DNA of 64,000 nt from Myxococcota bacterium. GTDB lineage: Bacteria; Myxococcota_A; Polyangia; Nannocystales; Nannocystaceae. Where the stretch lies: positions 32,001 through 96,000 of the forward strand of contig JBCCHT010000020.1 of the NCBI GenBank assembly GCA_039028615.1. The letters are read 5' to 3'. This document shows, piece by piece, positions 1-8,448 of the stretch. The position numbers and the translations under genes were made by a program. The notes beneath the pieces were generated by a model. That model was not told the origin of the DNA and ran no database searches. It saw only the letters and a list, made by a program, of their open reading frames with translations. The stretch's first letter is position 1. Each line of letters begins with the position of its first letter.

Positions 1-462
1 TGCCACCAACAGGTGCTGGACGATCCGAGTTCGCAGGGCGCCGGGCGCGGCCACTCCGAGGCGCGAACTCTCCCAGATGTTCGGCGCCGAAGGGGTCGGC
101 CCATCGATCATGTCGGGCCACAAATCACCCAACATGTACTGCTGTGTCGTGGGTGTCAGACGACTCATGCCACAGACGAGTCCCCCGATGACCCGATAGA
201 GTAGATAGTGAGAAGAGGGGTTATCGTAGTTATCCCATGATAGTCCAGCGAACGTAGGAACGTTGTAGTTCTGCCTCAGGCGAAAGTGCCGATCTTGGAA
301 GCGATACATCTCGAGATACCCGCGACCGAACAAGTGGGCCGTTTCGGCCGTCATGCATTCGATCGTGAGTGGTTCATCGAGACGAGGAAGGGTCCTCGCA
401 CGGTGTGCATTGCCTCGGAAGTTGGTGTCTCGACCTGCCCGATCCCATTTGGTTCCTGTCAT
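1..462 (-). CDS. LuxI-family acyl-homoserine-lactone synthase homolog (3' end beyond window edge)
   Basis: Hand translation from ATG at 462 (GGAGAG just upstream) is open to base 1: ...EMYRFQDRHFRLRQNYNVPTFAGLSWDNYDNPSSHYLLY...CGMSRLTPTTQQYMLGDLWP...IWESSRLGV. This has LuxI spacing of F, DxxD, RLxPT, YML and WExSR. Confidence 0.85.
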   Translation of the reverse strand, partial: MTGTKWDRAGRDTNFRGNAHRARTLPRLDEPLTIECMTAETAHLFGRGYLEMYRFQDRHFRLRQNYNVPTFAGLSWDNYDNPSSHYLLYRVIGGLVCGMSRLTPTTQQYMLGDLWPDMIDGPTPSAPNIWESSRLGVAAPGALRTRIVQHLLVA

Positions 463-634
463 CTCTCTCCTTGCGGTTTTTGGGCGCATGGGTATCCCCC
501 TCCAGCAAGCACGCGCCGTCTCGCTTCCTGGCTGGTTTGGCCTCATCGACGAGACCTCATTTCAGACAGAGCAGACCGCTACGACTCTCACGCAACGCGT
601 CGACACGAGTGCCAACATGATGCTGCTTTGTCTC

Positions 635-659
635 AGGCAGAGTCGTTACAACTCTGCCT
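635..659. promoter_or_regulatory. Perfect 9-bp inverted repeat with 7-bp spacer upstream of the luxI-like gene (candidate operator)
   Basis: AGGCAGAGT-CGTTACA-ACTCTGCCT, about 170 bp upstream of the ATG at 462; no U-tract follows on either strand. Confidence 0.4.
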
Positions 660-827
660 ACCGCCCTTCCTCGGGAGCGACACAGTGCCTTCGCACGTTT
701 CACGCCCGATCCCCCGGCATCTTTGAATATACCTTCTGGCCGGATGTAGGTCAACGACAGAATCGCGTTCACGCGCTGCGGACGCCAAGATTGAGGCACT
801 TCGTCATTCGTCCGCGCGGCTGCGACA

Positions 828-3563
828 CTATCGAACCATCGCGTCGAGCTCCGCCTGCAGCTTGCCCACCAGCTCGTGCTCGGCACCCAACGCCTCGCGC
901 ACGACCTCGATCGCAACGCCCATCTCCGCACGGGCCTGGTCGATGCGCCCCTGCTCCGCCCAGATGAGCGCGCGAGACTTCCGAGCCTGCGCGGTGAGGA
1001 CATGGCCCGGCCCCACGCTGGCCAGGGTGATCGCGAGGGCTCGCTCGGCGTGCTCGGTGGCTTCGTCGAGCTTGCCCTGGCGCTGGAGGATGGTGGCGAG
1101 ATGGGTATGGGTGCGCCCAGTCTCTCGATGCTCGTCGCCCAGGGAGTCGCGCTGCAGCGACAGCGCGCGACGAGACATGGGCTCCGCGTCCTCGAAGCGG
1201 CCGAGCTTGAGGCGCATGACGGCCACGTTGTCGAGCAGCAGGGCCAACCCGACTGCGTCCTCGGGCGAGTTGCGCTCGGCGATCTCCACCAGCTCCACCA
1301 GCATGGCCTCGGCTTCGCGGTGCTTGCCCAGCTCGCCGAGGTTGAGGGCGAGGCCGTTGCGCACGCTGACGACTTGGTCGTGCTCGGGACCCAGCTCGCG
1401 GGACCACAGGTCGATCAAGAAGCGCAGGTGCTCATTGCTCTTTTCGTAGTTGCCCCGCCGCGCCTCGAGGTGGGCGAGGTTGGCCCGCGAGATGCCGGCA
1501 TCGGGGTGCTGGGGGCCGAGCGTGGAGTTGAAGATCTCATAGGCGGCCGAGGCGTTGGCGAAGGCCTCGTCGTAGTCACCCGCGACGGTCTGCGTGTCGG
1601 CGAGATCGTCGAGGATCCGTGCGCGCTGGTCGGGACGATGCCCGTGGGTTTCGCCGTGCCCTTCGAGGATCGTCAACGCGCTACGAAAGCCTTCGATGGC
1701 GCCCGGGAGATCGCCGCGCCGACTGGACAGCCAGGCCACGGCCCAGTGGAGCTCCATGGCGGCATCGGAGTCGGAGCCCGCGGACTCGACCATCGCACGC
1801 GCATGTCCATGCCACGCGTCGGCCGATCCGCTGCTGCCCAAAAACTCGTGCAGGCGCATGGCCCCAGCGGCGCAGCGCGTGGCCAGGGTGGCTTCTCCGG
1901 CTCGCTGAGCCAAGAAGAAGGCCTCTTCGTACAAGGGCAAGGCCTCGGCGTAGCGGGCGAGTTCCTGCTCCATGCGAGCCGCGCGGGCAATGAGGCGGGC
2001 GGCCAGCGTGGGATGAACCGAGGCGATCGCTCGCGCTCGTTCGAGATGCGCGGCGAGTAGCTCGGCCACCGCCTTGAAGCGACCGGCCGAGTGCATCGCC
2101 CCCGACCGCGCCAGCACGTCTGCCAATACGTCGAGCTCGGGTTGCAGCGCGGGGTCCGGCGGTGGCGACTCGACGGAGCTCAGCAGGTCGATGTCGGAGC
2201 AGCGCGCGAGCGCGGGCAAGCTCATGACCATGGCACGGACCCGAGTGCGCTGGGCGGGCTCGAAGGCTTCGAGCTGATCGACGAGCGCCGCGAGGTGCCG
2301 CCGCCGGTCGACCAGGCAGGCGTTGCGCGAGTCGAGCAGGACCGGACTCTGCACGGCGCGTACATGGGTCGCCTCGCAGTTGTCTCGATGGACACGGCTC
2401 CACTCCGACGCATAGCGATCGAGACCCTCGAGGACCCGCGCGGGCGTCTCGGCGGCGCCCGAGCTCCATGCCTCTCGATCGAGCGCCTCGGTCACGGCCG
2501 CTCGGCGGTCGTCGTCCCAGGTGCCGGTCAGCGCGGCTGGGCCCGCACAGTCGACCTCGGGGTCGCCTGGCGCCCCGACCAGGACCGCTCCCGTCACGAT
2601 CAACGCCGCGACGGCCCCGACGCTCACGACCCGGAGCCGAGACCCACGACCCGCCCGCAGCAGCGCGCGACGCATGGCGTCCATGGAAGGGAAGCGCGCG
2701 CCGGGCTCCTGCTGCAGGCCTCGCTCGATGATCTTGCTCAGCCACCGCGGGACGACGAGCGCATCCTGACCGGAGGACTCCGTCGGCGCGGCGCGGGGGA
2801 ACCGACGGTGCACGGCCACGTGCAGCGCGACGGCGAACGCATATTGGTCGCTGAAGGTGTCGGCCGGCTGCCCCTGCGCCAGCTCGGGCGCCATGTACAG
2901 CGGCGTGCCCACGATCCCCGTGTTCTGCGGCGCGGCGCCGGAGGCCACGTCCTCTTCGGTGGGAACGCGGCGCTCACTGGACCGCGCCAGGCCGAAGTCG
3001 ACCAGCCGCACGCGACCATCGAGGCCGACGCGCACGTTGTCGAGCTTGAAGTCGCGATGAACGACGCCCTGGGCATGCGCCCCGCACAGCCCGGCCGCCG
3101 CTTGGATGAAGACGTCGAGCACTTCGTCGAGGGTCCGGGCGCGGGCTTGCAACCACGCGCGGAGGTCCTGCCCCTCGACCAGCTCCATGACCACGTAGAC
3201 CTGCTCGTCGTGCTCGCCGACGTCGAGCACCTCGACGATGTTGGGATGCGACAGTCGAGCCAGCGCGCGCGCCTCGAGCCCCAAGCGACGCCGCCGCATG
3301 GCTTCGGTTCGCGGCCGACCGGGCTCCGGCCGAATGAGCTTGAGCGCGACCTTGCGACCCAGCCGAGGGTCCTCGGCGACATAGACCCGGCCCATGGCGC
3401 CGCTGCCCGCGAGGCCGACGATCTCGTAGCCGCCGACCTCCACCGGGGTGCTCACCTCGCCGAACAGCCGCCCCATGACCGAGCCCCGGGTGCGCTGCAG
3501 GTCGAGCGCATCGAAGGACGGAGTGGGAGCCTCGGCGAGCGAATCGTCGTCGATCGTGCTCAT
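828..3563 (-). CDS. Membrane Hanks-type Ser/Thr protein kinase with C-terminal TPR repeats
   Basis: GSGAMGRV, VALK, HRDFKLDN, DFG and GTPLYMAPE motifs, a TM segment, then TPR repeats. Start MSTIDD overlaps the ECF stop (ATGA). Confidence 0.93.
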   Translation of the reverse strand: MSTIDDDSLAEAPTPSFDALDLQRTRGSVMGRLFGEVSTPVEVGGYEIVGLAGSGAMGRVYVAEDPRLGRKVALKLIRPEPGRPRTEAMRRRRLGLEARALARLSHPNIVEVLDVGEHDEQVYVVMELVEGQDLRAWLQARARTLDEVLDVFIQAAAGLCGAHAQGVVHRDFKLDNVRVGLDGRVRLVDFGLARSSERRVPTEEDVASGAAPQNTGIVGTPLYMAPELAQGQPADTFSDQYAFAVALHVAVHRRFPRAAPTESSGQDALVVPRWLSKIIERGLQQEPGARFPSMDAMRRALLRAGRGSRLRVVSVGAVAALIVTGAVLVGAPGDPEVDCAGPAALTGTWDDDRRAAVTEALDREAWSSGAAETPARVLEGLDRYASEWSRVHRDNCEATHVRAVQSPVLLDSRNACLVDRRRHLAALVDQLEAFEPAQRTRVRAMVMSLPALARCSDIDLLSSVESPPPDPALQPELDVLADVLARSGAMHSAGRFKAVAELLAAHLERARAIASVHPTLAARLIARAARMEQELARYAEALPLYEEAFFLAQRAGEATLATRCAAGAMRLHEFLGSSGSADAWHGHARAMVESAGSDSDAAMELHWAVAWLSSRRGDLPGAIEGFRSALTILEGHGETHGHRPDQRARILDDLADTQTVAGDYDEAFANASAAYEIFNSTLGPQHPDAGISRANLAHLEARRGNYEKSNEHLRFLIDLWSRELGPEHDQVVSVRNGLALNLGELGKHREAEAMLVELVEIAERNSPEDAVGLALLLDNVAVMRLKLGRFEDAEPMSRRALSLQRDSLGDEHRETGRTHTHLATILQRQGKLDEATEHAERALAITLASVGPGHVLTAQARKSRALIWAEQGRIDQARAEMGVAIEVVREALGAEHELVGKLQAELDAMVR

Positions 3564-4180
3564 GACAGGTCCGCGGCCATGTAGTCGCGAATCTGCTCCG
3601 ACCATCGCTCCAGCCCGTCCAAGGTCGATTGCAGCTGCGCGGGGGAGCGCGCGAGCCGATGCAGCGCCGCCTCGAGCGATTGCCGAGCCGAGCGCAGGCG
3701 CGTGCGCACGGTGCCTTCGGGTACGCCGAGCACGGCCCCCAGCTCCCGGCCGCGCATGCGCTCCCAATAAAACAGCTCGAGCAAGACCTGCTCGTCGAGG
3801 GGAATGGAGCGCAGTGCCTCGAGCAATAGCCGCTGCTCCTGGCGCTGGGCCAGCACCGCCGTGGGCGTCGCCCCCAGCTCGGCCACCGACTGCCGACTCA
3901 GATCGAGCGCCTCGTGACCACGATGCCGCGACCGATAGTGATCGGTCAGCACGTTGCGGGCCACCGCGAACAGGTAGGCCCGGAAATTGCCCCGCTCGAC
4001 GATGGCCTCCTTGGCCTGGGAGCAGCGCAGGAAGGTGGCCTGGACGAGGTCGTCCAGCTCACCGTCGACCTTGTTGCGAAAGAAACGATAGACGGACACG
4101 AAGTAGCGCTCGACCAGCAGGTTGCCCGCCGCTCGGTCGCCGTGGCGCCAGGCAGCGAGGAGCTCCGCGTCCGTGGACAC
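3560..4180 (-). CDS. ECF sigma-70 factor coupled to the kinase
   Basis: DAELLAAW, VYRFF, DDLVQATFL, FRAYLFAVARN (region 2) and LGVPEGTVRTRL (region 4); GTG start at 4180 is inferred. Confidence 0.92.
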   Translation of the reverse strand: MSTDAELLAAWRHGDRAAGNLLVERYFVSVYRFFRNKVDGELDDLVQATFLRCSQAKEAIVERGNFRAYLFAVARNVLTDHYRSRHRGHEALDLSRQSVAELGATPTAVLAQRQEQRLLLEALRSIPLDEQVLLELFYWERMRGRELGAVLGVPEGTVRTRLRSARQSLEAALHRLARSPAQLQSTLDGLERWSEQIRDYMAADLS

Positions 4181-4322
4181 GGAAGCACGGTAACACCCAT
4201 GCAGGGGGTGATGAAGGAAGCGTGGGGGCAGGACGGGGACAAGACGGACCCCCGCCAGATTCGATTGCACAAAGTCGAAAAGACCTCGCTCCTCCCCCGC
4301 GAGGGTCGAACGCGGCGCGTTT

Positions 4323-4718
4323 TCAATCGGCGCCGTCGAGCACGGCGTCCGCCTCGATCTCGATCAGCAGGTCGTCGCGGATCAAGCGACTGACCTCGAC
4401 CATCGTGGTGGCGGGGCGATGCTCGGCAAAGCGCTCGGCGTGAGCGCGGCCGAACTCTTCCCAGCGCCCGATTTCGGTCACGTACATGCGTGTCCGCACC
4501 ACGTCGGCGCAACGGGCACCGAGCTTGCCCAGGGCGTCCTCGATGATCTCGAGACAGCGTTTGGCCTGGCGATAGCCGTCGCCGGGAGCATGGGTCGCAC
4601 CGTCCGGCTCGACCGCGACCGTACCCGTCACGTAGACGTGACCGCCCGCGCGGATGGCTCGGCAGTAGCCGACCTGCTCCTCCCAAGGCGCCCCGCTCTG
4701 CACTCGCTGTCGCTGCAT
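4323..4718 (-). CDS. RidA/YjgF/UK114 family protein
   Basis: WEEQVGYCRA, VYVTGT, VVRTRMYVT, RPATTMVEV, LIEIEADA. Confidence 0.92.
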   Translation of the reverse strand: MQRQRVQSGAPWEEQVGYCRAIRAGGHVYVTGTVAVEPDGATHAPGDGYRQAKRCLEIIEDALGKLGARCADVVRTRMYVTEIGRWEEFGRAHAERFAEHRPATTMVEVSRLIRDDLLIEIEADAVLDGAD

Positions 4719-4834
4719 GCCCCAATCCTCGCCAAAGTCCCCGAAACAGGGCAAGACGGGCCCCCCGAACGGCGACCGGCCCGGGGGAAGCCGGGGGGGT
4801 TGTCGCCGGACTCCGAACGGGTACCATCGCGCCG

Positions 4835-5419
4835 ATGTCGACCGAGCGGAACGAGGAAGAGGTCTACTTCAAGCAGCTGGAGATCGAGCAACGCCGCAAG
4901 CTGCGGGAAACGCTCGAGGCTTCCGCCAAGGACCTCGCCGACAAGCAAGCCATCGCCGACTCGGTGAACACCGACGATCTGTCGCTGGCCGAGCGGATCA
5001 AGGCGCTGGGCTTCTCCGGCGACACCGCCAAGGTCTTCGACCTGCTGCCGCTCGTGCACGTGGCCTGGGCCGACGGCTCGATCCAGAAGAGCGAGCGCGC
5101 CGCCATCCTCCGCGTGCTGGAGCTTCGCAGCGTCGCGCCCGGCACCGAGGGCTTCACCCTCATCGAGTCCTTGCTCGAAGAGCGCCCCAGCGACCAGTAC
5201 ATGACCCAGAGCCTGGCCGTGCTCAAAGAGCTGCTGGCCCAGGGAGACGGCAACCAGGGCGCCGCCATCGTCGAGCTGTGCCAGGACGTGGCCACGGCAG
5301 CGGGCGGCTTCTTGGGCCTCGGCTCCAAGGTCAGCGGCGAAGAGCGGGAGCTGATCGAGCGCATCGCGGGTGAGCTCGGCGACAGCGCCCAGCAGACCTT
5401 CCGACAGTCGCTCGACTAG
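4835..5419 (+). CDS. TerB-like domain protein
   Basis: LPLVHVAWADGSIQKSERAAI and VATAAGGFLGLGSKVSGEE resemble TerB-like helical hairpins; strong GC3 codon bias. Confidence 0.7.
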   Translation: MSTERNEEEVYFKQLEIEQRRKLRETLEASAKDLADKQAIADSVNTDDLSLAERIKALGFSGDTAKVFDLLPLVHVAWADGSIQKSERAAILRVLELRSVAPGTEGFTLIESLLEERPSDQYMTQSLAVLKELLAQGDGNQGAAIVELCQDVATAAGGFLGLGSKVSGEERELIERIAGELGDSAQQTFRQSLD

Positions 5420-5620
5420 TCGTCGAGCCCCCACCGAACAACCCGGACGAGACGTCGGCCCCGTGAAGGTCGGCGTCTTTTCATTTGGTTCATCGTCGGG
5501 CCGCGCTCGCTCGGCCCCCGTCCGCGCTTGCAGCCGATCGAAGGGCGGCGGCAGTGGTTCGAGCCGTCCAGGTCGGCGTTTGATGCGCATCGGCGTTCGA
5601 CTCGTCCCGGCGCCACCATC

Positions 5621-5720
5621 TTGAAACCAATATTCCTTACCTATTAGATTTTTTAGTTAAAACTAGTTTCGGATCTTATTTGGTTTTGTTAGCATTCCGC
5701 AGAAGTTACAAAACTACTCC
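5621..5720. promoter_or_regulatory. AT-rich upstream region of the Cys-rich lipoprotein gene
   Basis: Abrupt AT-rich stretch (ttgaaaccaatattccttacctattagattttttagttaaaactagtttc...) in a very GC-rich background. Confidence 0.45.
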
Positions 5721-5782
5721 CGACTCGGGCCCCCAAACAGCTGATACGGACCCGCCGAGTCGCTCCAAACAAGGGCAAAACG

Positions 5783-6730
5783 ATGAATAGAGCAATCCTA
5801 TGGTCCGTGGTCGTATCCGCGGGACTCGCGCTGACCGCATGCGGCACCGTCGCCGATGAGCCCGCCGTGACCGGCGCGGGCGATCCTCAAGGTGGCGAGA
5901 CCGATGACCCCGATGATCCCGTCGTCACCACGACCGACGACCCCGCGGACACCGAAGATCCCGCCACGCCCCCCGGGGACACCGATGGTGCCGACGCCGA
6001 CAGCGGCGGTAGCGACGACGCCAGCTTCCTCGTGAAGCCCGATGGCATGGGTGGCATCAGCTTCGAGTGCGACATGTTCGCGCAGGACTGCCCCGACGGT
6101 GAAAAGTGCATGCCGTGGGCGAACGACGGCGGCACCGCCTGGAACGCGACCCGTTGCTCGCCCATCGCCGACAACCCGGGCCAAGCGGGCGACTCCTGCT
6201 CGGTCGAGGGCTCGGGCGTGTCCGGCCTCGACGACTGCGACATCGGCTCGATGTGCTGGGACGTCGACCCCGAGACCAACATGGGTGTCTGTGTCGCGCT
6301 GTGTACCGGCGACTCCATGAGCCCGGTCTGCGAGGACCCCGACACCGCCTGCGCCATCGTCAACGACGGCGCCATCGTCCTGTGCCTGCCTTCCTGCGAT
6401 CCCCTGATCCAGGACTGCACCGACGGCCAGGCCTGCTACGCCGTCCTCGACGACTTCCTGTGCGTGCCCGATGCCTCGGGCGAGATGGGCGTCTACGGCG
6501 ATCCCTGCGAGTTCATCAACGCCTGCGATCCGGGCCTGATGTGCCTGGGTGCCGCCGCCGTGCCCGACTGCACCGGCTCTCAGGGCTGCTGCTCCGAGGT
6601 CTGCGACACGGCCGATCCCGCGGGCGATGCCCAGTGCATGGGCGTCGATCAGGCCTGCGAGCCCTGGTACGAGGAGGGCGCAGCCCCTCCGGGATACGAG
6701 GACGTCGGCGCCTGCGCCCTTCCCGCGTAA
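5783..6730 (+). CDS. Cys-rich acidic lipoprotein (myxobacterial paralog family)
   Basis: Lipobox LTAC, D/T-rich linker, then a densely Cys-rich domain (ECDMFAQDCPDGEKCMPWA...CCSEVCD). Confidence 0.85.
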   Translation: MNRAILWSVVVSAGLALTACGTVADEPAVTGAGDPQGGETDDPDDPVVTTTDDPADTEDPATPPGDTDGADADSGGSDDASFLVKPDGMGGISFECDMFAQDCPDGEKCMPWANDGGTAWNATRCSPIADNPGQAGDSCSVEGSGVSGLDDCDIGSMCWDVDPETNMGVCVALCTGDSMSPVCEDPDTACAIVNDGAIVLCLPSCDPLIQDCTDGQACYAVLDDFLCVPDASGEMGVYGDPCEFINACDPGLMCLGAAAVPDCTGSQGCCSEVCDTADPAGDAQCMGVDQACEPWYEEGAAPPGYEDVGACALPA

Positions 6731-6779
6731 CCACGACTTTCTTACCGCAATCCCAAAAAGCACACGTCCGGTTCATCGA

Positions 6780-6820
6780 AGAGGGGGCGACCTTCCCAGG
6801 GTCGTCCCCTCTCTTTATTT
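6780..6820 (+). terminator. Intrinsic terminator
   Basis: agagggggcgacc...ggtcgtcccctct hairpin followed by ctttattt. Confidence 0.7.
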
Positions 6821-6885
6821 CGCCGCCCCCCGTTTTCGCCGTTTTCTCGCGTAGGAGGCCGCAAACGTGCTGCTGTCGCGGCAAC

Positions 6886-8163
6886 GTGAGCGAAGCGCCG
6901 ACCGCCCCCGAAGGCATCTCCACCGAGCCCTCGTCCCCGACCCCCGAGCGTCGCGGGCGGACCTTCGTGCGCTCTCAGCCGATGGACCCCTGGCTGTTCT
7001 TCGCCGCCATCGCCTTGTCGGCCATCGGCCTGGTCATGGTCTACAGCGCGGGCGCATGGCTCGGCCACGAGATGTTCGACGACTGGGAGTACTACCTGCA
7101 TCGGCAGGCCACCTTCCTCGCCGTGGGCTTCGGCTTGATGTTCGGCCTCAGCCGCATCGACTACCGCCTGCTCCGGCGCTTCGCCCCCCAGCTCATGCTC
7201 GCTGCCCTCGGCCTGTTGGTCGTGGTGCTCTTCGTCGGCCAGGAGATCAACGGCGCCCGTCGATGGATGCGCTTCGGCCCCTTCGGCCTCCAGCCCAGCG
7301 AGATCGCCAAGCTCACGCTCGCCATCTTCCTGGCCGCCACCATCGCCCGCCAGGGCGAGCGCGTGCGGACCTTCAAGCGCGGCTTCTTGCCCGTGGTGGC
7401 CATCGCCAGCCTCACCATGCTGCTGGTCCTGCTCGAGAAGGACCTGGGCACCACCATCCTGCTGGGCTCGCTCACCCTCATCATGCTGTTTTCGGCCGGC
7501 ACCCGGCTGAGCTACGTCGTCGCGGCGGTCATGCTCGCCGCCCCCTTGGTCTGGCAGCAGATCATCGGCGTCGACTATCGCCGCGGTCGCCTCGAGGAGT
7601 TCCTCTCCGGCGACGGCTACCAGGTGCACCAGGCCCTCATCGCCATCGGCTCGGGCGGCCCCTGGGGTCGCGGCCTCGGTCACGGTCGCCAGAAGCTCGG
7701 CTTCCTTCCCGAAAACCACACCGACTTCATCCTCGCCACCGTCGGCGAGGAGCTCGGCTTCGTCGGCATTGCCATGGTGCTCGGCCTGCTCGCCCTGCTC
7801 GTGTGGCGCGGCCTCGAGATCGCCCGCAAGGCCAACGATCGCTTCGGCACCTATCTCGCCACTGGGCTCAGCGCGATGTTCGGCCTGCAGGCGGTGATCA
7901 ACATGGCCGTCGTGCTCGAGCTCATCCCCGCCAAGGGCATCACCCTGCCCTTCATGAGCTACGGAGGCTCTTCGCTGCTGGCGAGCCTGGCCTCGGTGGG
8001 GATCCTGCTCAGCATCTCCCGCCGCCCGTCGGCGTGGCGCCTCAGCGACCAGCGTGGACGCGGGCGAAGCGGGAACGCGGGGGGCAAGGACAAGCGCGGC
8101 GCCCAGCCGAACCGGCCCCGCAACGCGCGACGCAAGCCCACGGCGAGCCCGGCCCCGGCCTGA
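6886..8163 (+). CDS. ftsW: SEDS-family peptidoglycan polymerase (FtsW-like)
   Basis: GLVMVYSA, INGARRWM, QPSEIAK, EKDLGT, GYQVHQALIAIGSGG, LPENHTDFI, GITLPFMSYGGSS; GTG start at 6886 is inferred. Confidence 0.88.
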   Translation: MSEAPTAPEGISTEPSSPTPERRGRTFVRSQPMDPWLFFAAIALSAIGLVMVYSAGAWLGHEMFDDWEYYLHRQATFLAVGFGLMFGLSRIDYRLLRRFAPQLMLAALGLLVVVLFVGQEINGARRWMRFGPFGLQPSEIAKLTLAIFLAATIARQGERVRTFKRGFLPVVAIASLTMLLVLLEKDLGTTILLGSLTLIMLFSAGTRLSYVVAAVMLAAPLVWQQIIGVDYRRGRLEEFLSGDGYQVHQALIAIGSGGPWGRGLGHGRQKLGFLPENHTDFILATVGEELGFVGIAMVLGLLALLVWRGLEIARKANDRFGTYLATGLSAMFGLQAVINMAVVLELIPAKGITLPFMSYGGSSLLASLASVGILLSISRRPSAWRLSDQRGRGRSGNAGGKDKRGAQPNRPRNARRKPTASPAPA

Positions 8164-8448
8164 GCTCGGCGCCCTCGCGTCGCGACTCTTCGGGTGCGAT
8201 TGCCGAGCGGCTGATCTCCAGTTGCGGTCGAGATCCGAACCCGTACCCGGATCTGCGTGGCGCGAACGGCAACCGCTCGCAGGCCGGGCGTAGTGGGGCC
8301 TAGCCCCCAGGTTGGCGCCGCGGTCGGCGAGGGCTCGGAGGCGTTGTGGAGCAGCGTTGAACGCTGGACCCGGCGTAGCTTGCAAAACACCGTTTCCAGG
8401 TCGTTTTTCGTGCACACCGGGCCGAGGTTGCTACCCGACTTCAGTACG

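Noticed and set aside
13..1003. Track ORFs 13..204, 286..726, 353..967 and 557..1003
   Set aside because: No motifs. The real gene here is the minus-strand LuxI-like ORF (462..<1), and 463-827 looks intergenic.
5783..6730. Enzyme annotation (e.g. epimerase) sometimes attached to this Cys-rich family
   Set aside because: No enzyme motifs; it is a lipoprotein with a disulfide-rich domain.
6106..6885. Long N-terminal extension of the FtsW ORF in the track
   Set aside because: It overlaps the lipoprotein in another frame and crosses a terminator; the start is better placed at 6886.
8164..8448. Possible ncRNA or sigma-54 promoter before the enhancer-binding protein
   Set aside because: Only short hairpins and a poor GG-N10-GC match; no recognisable RNA family.
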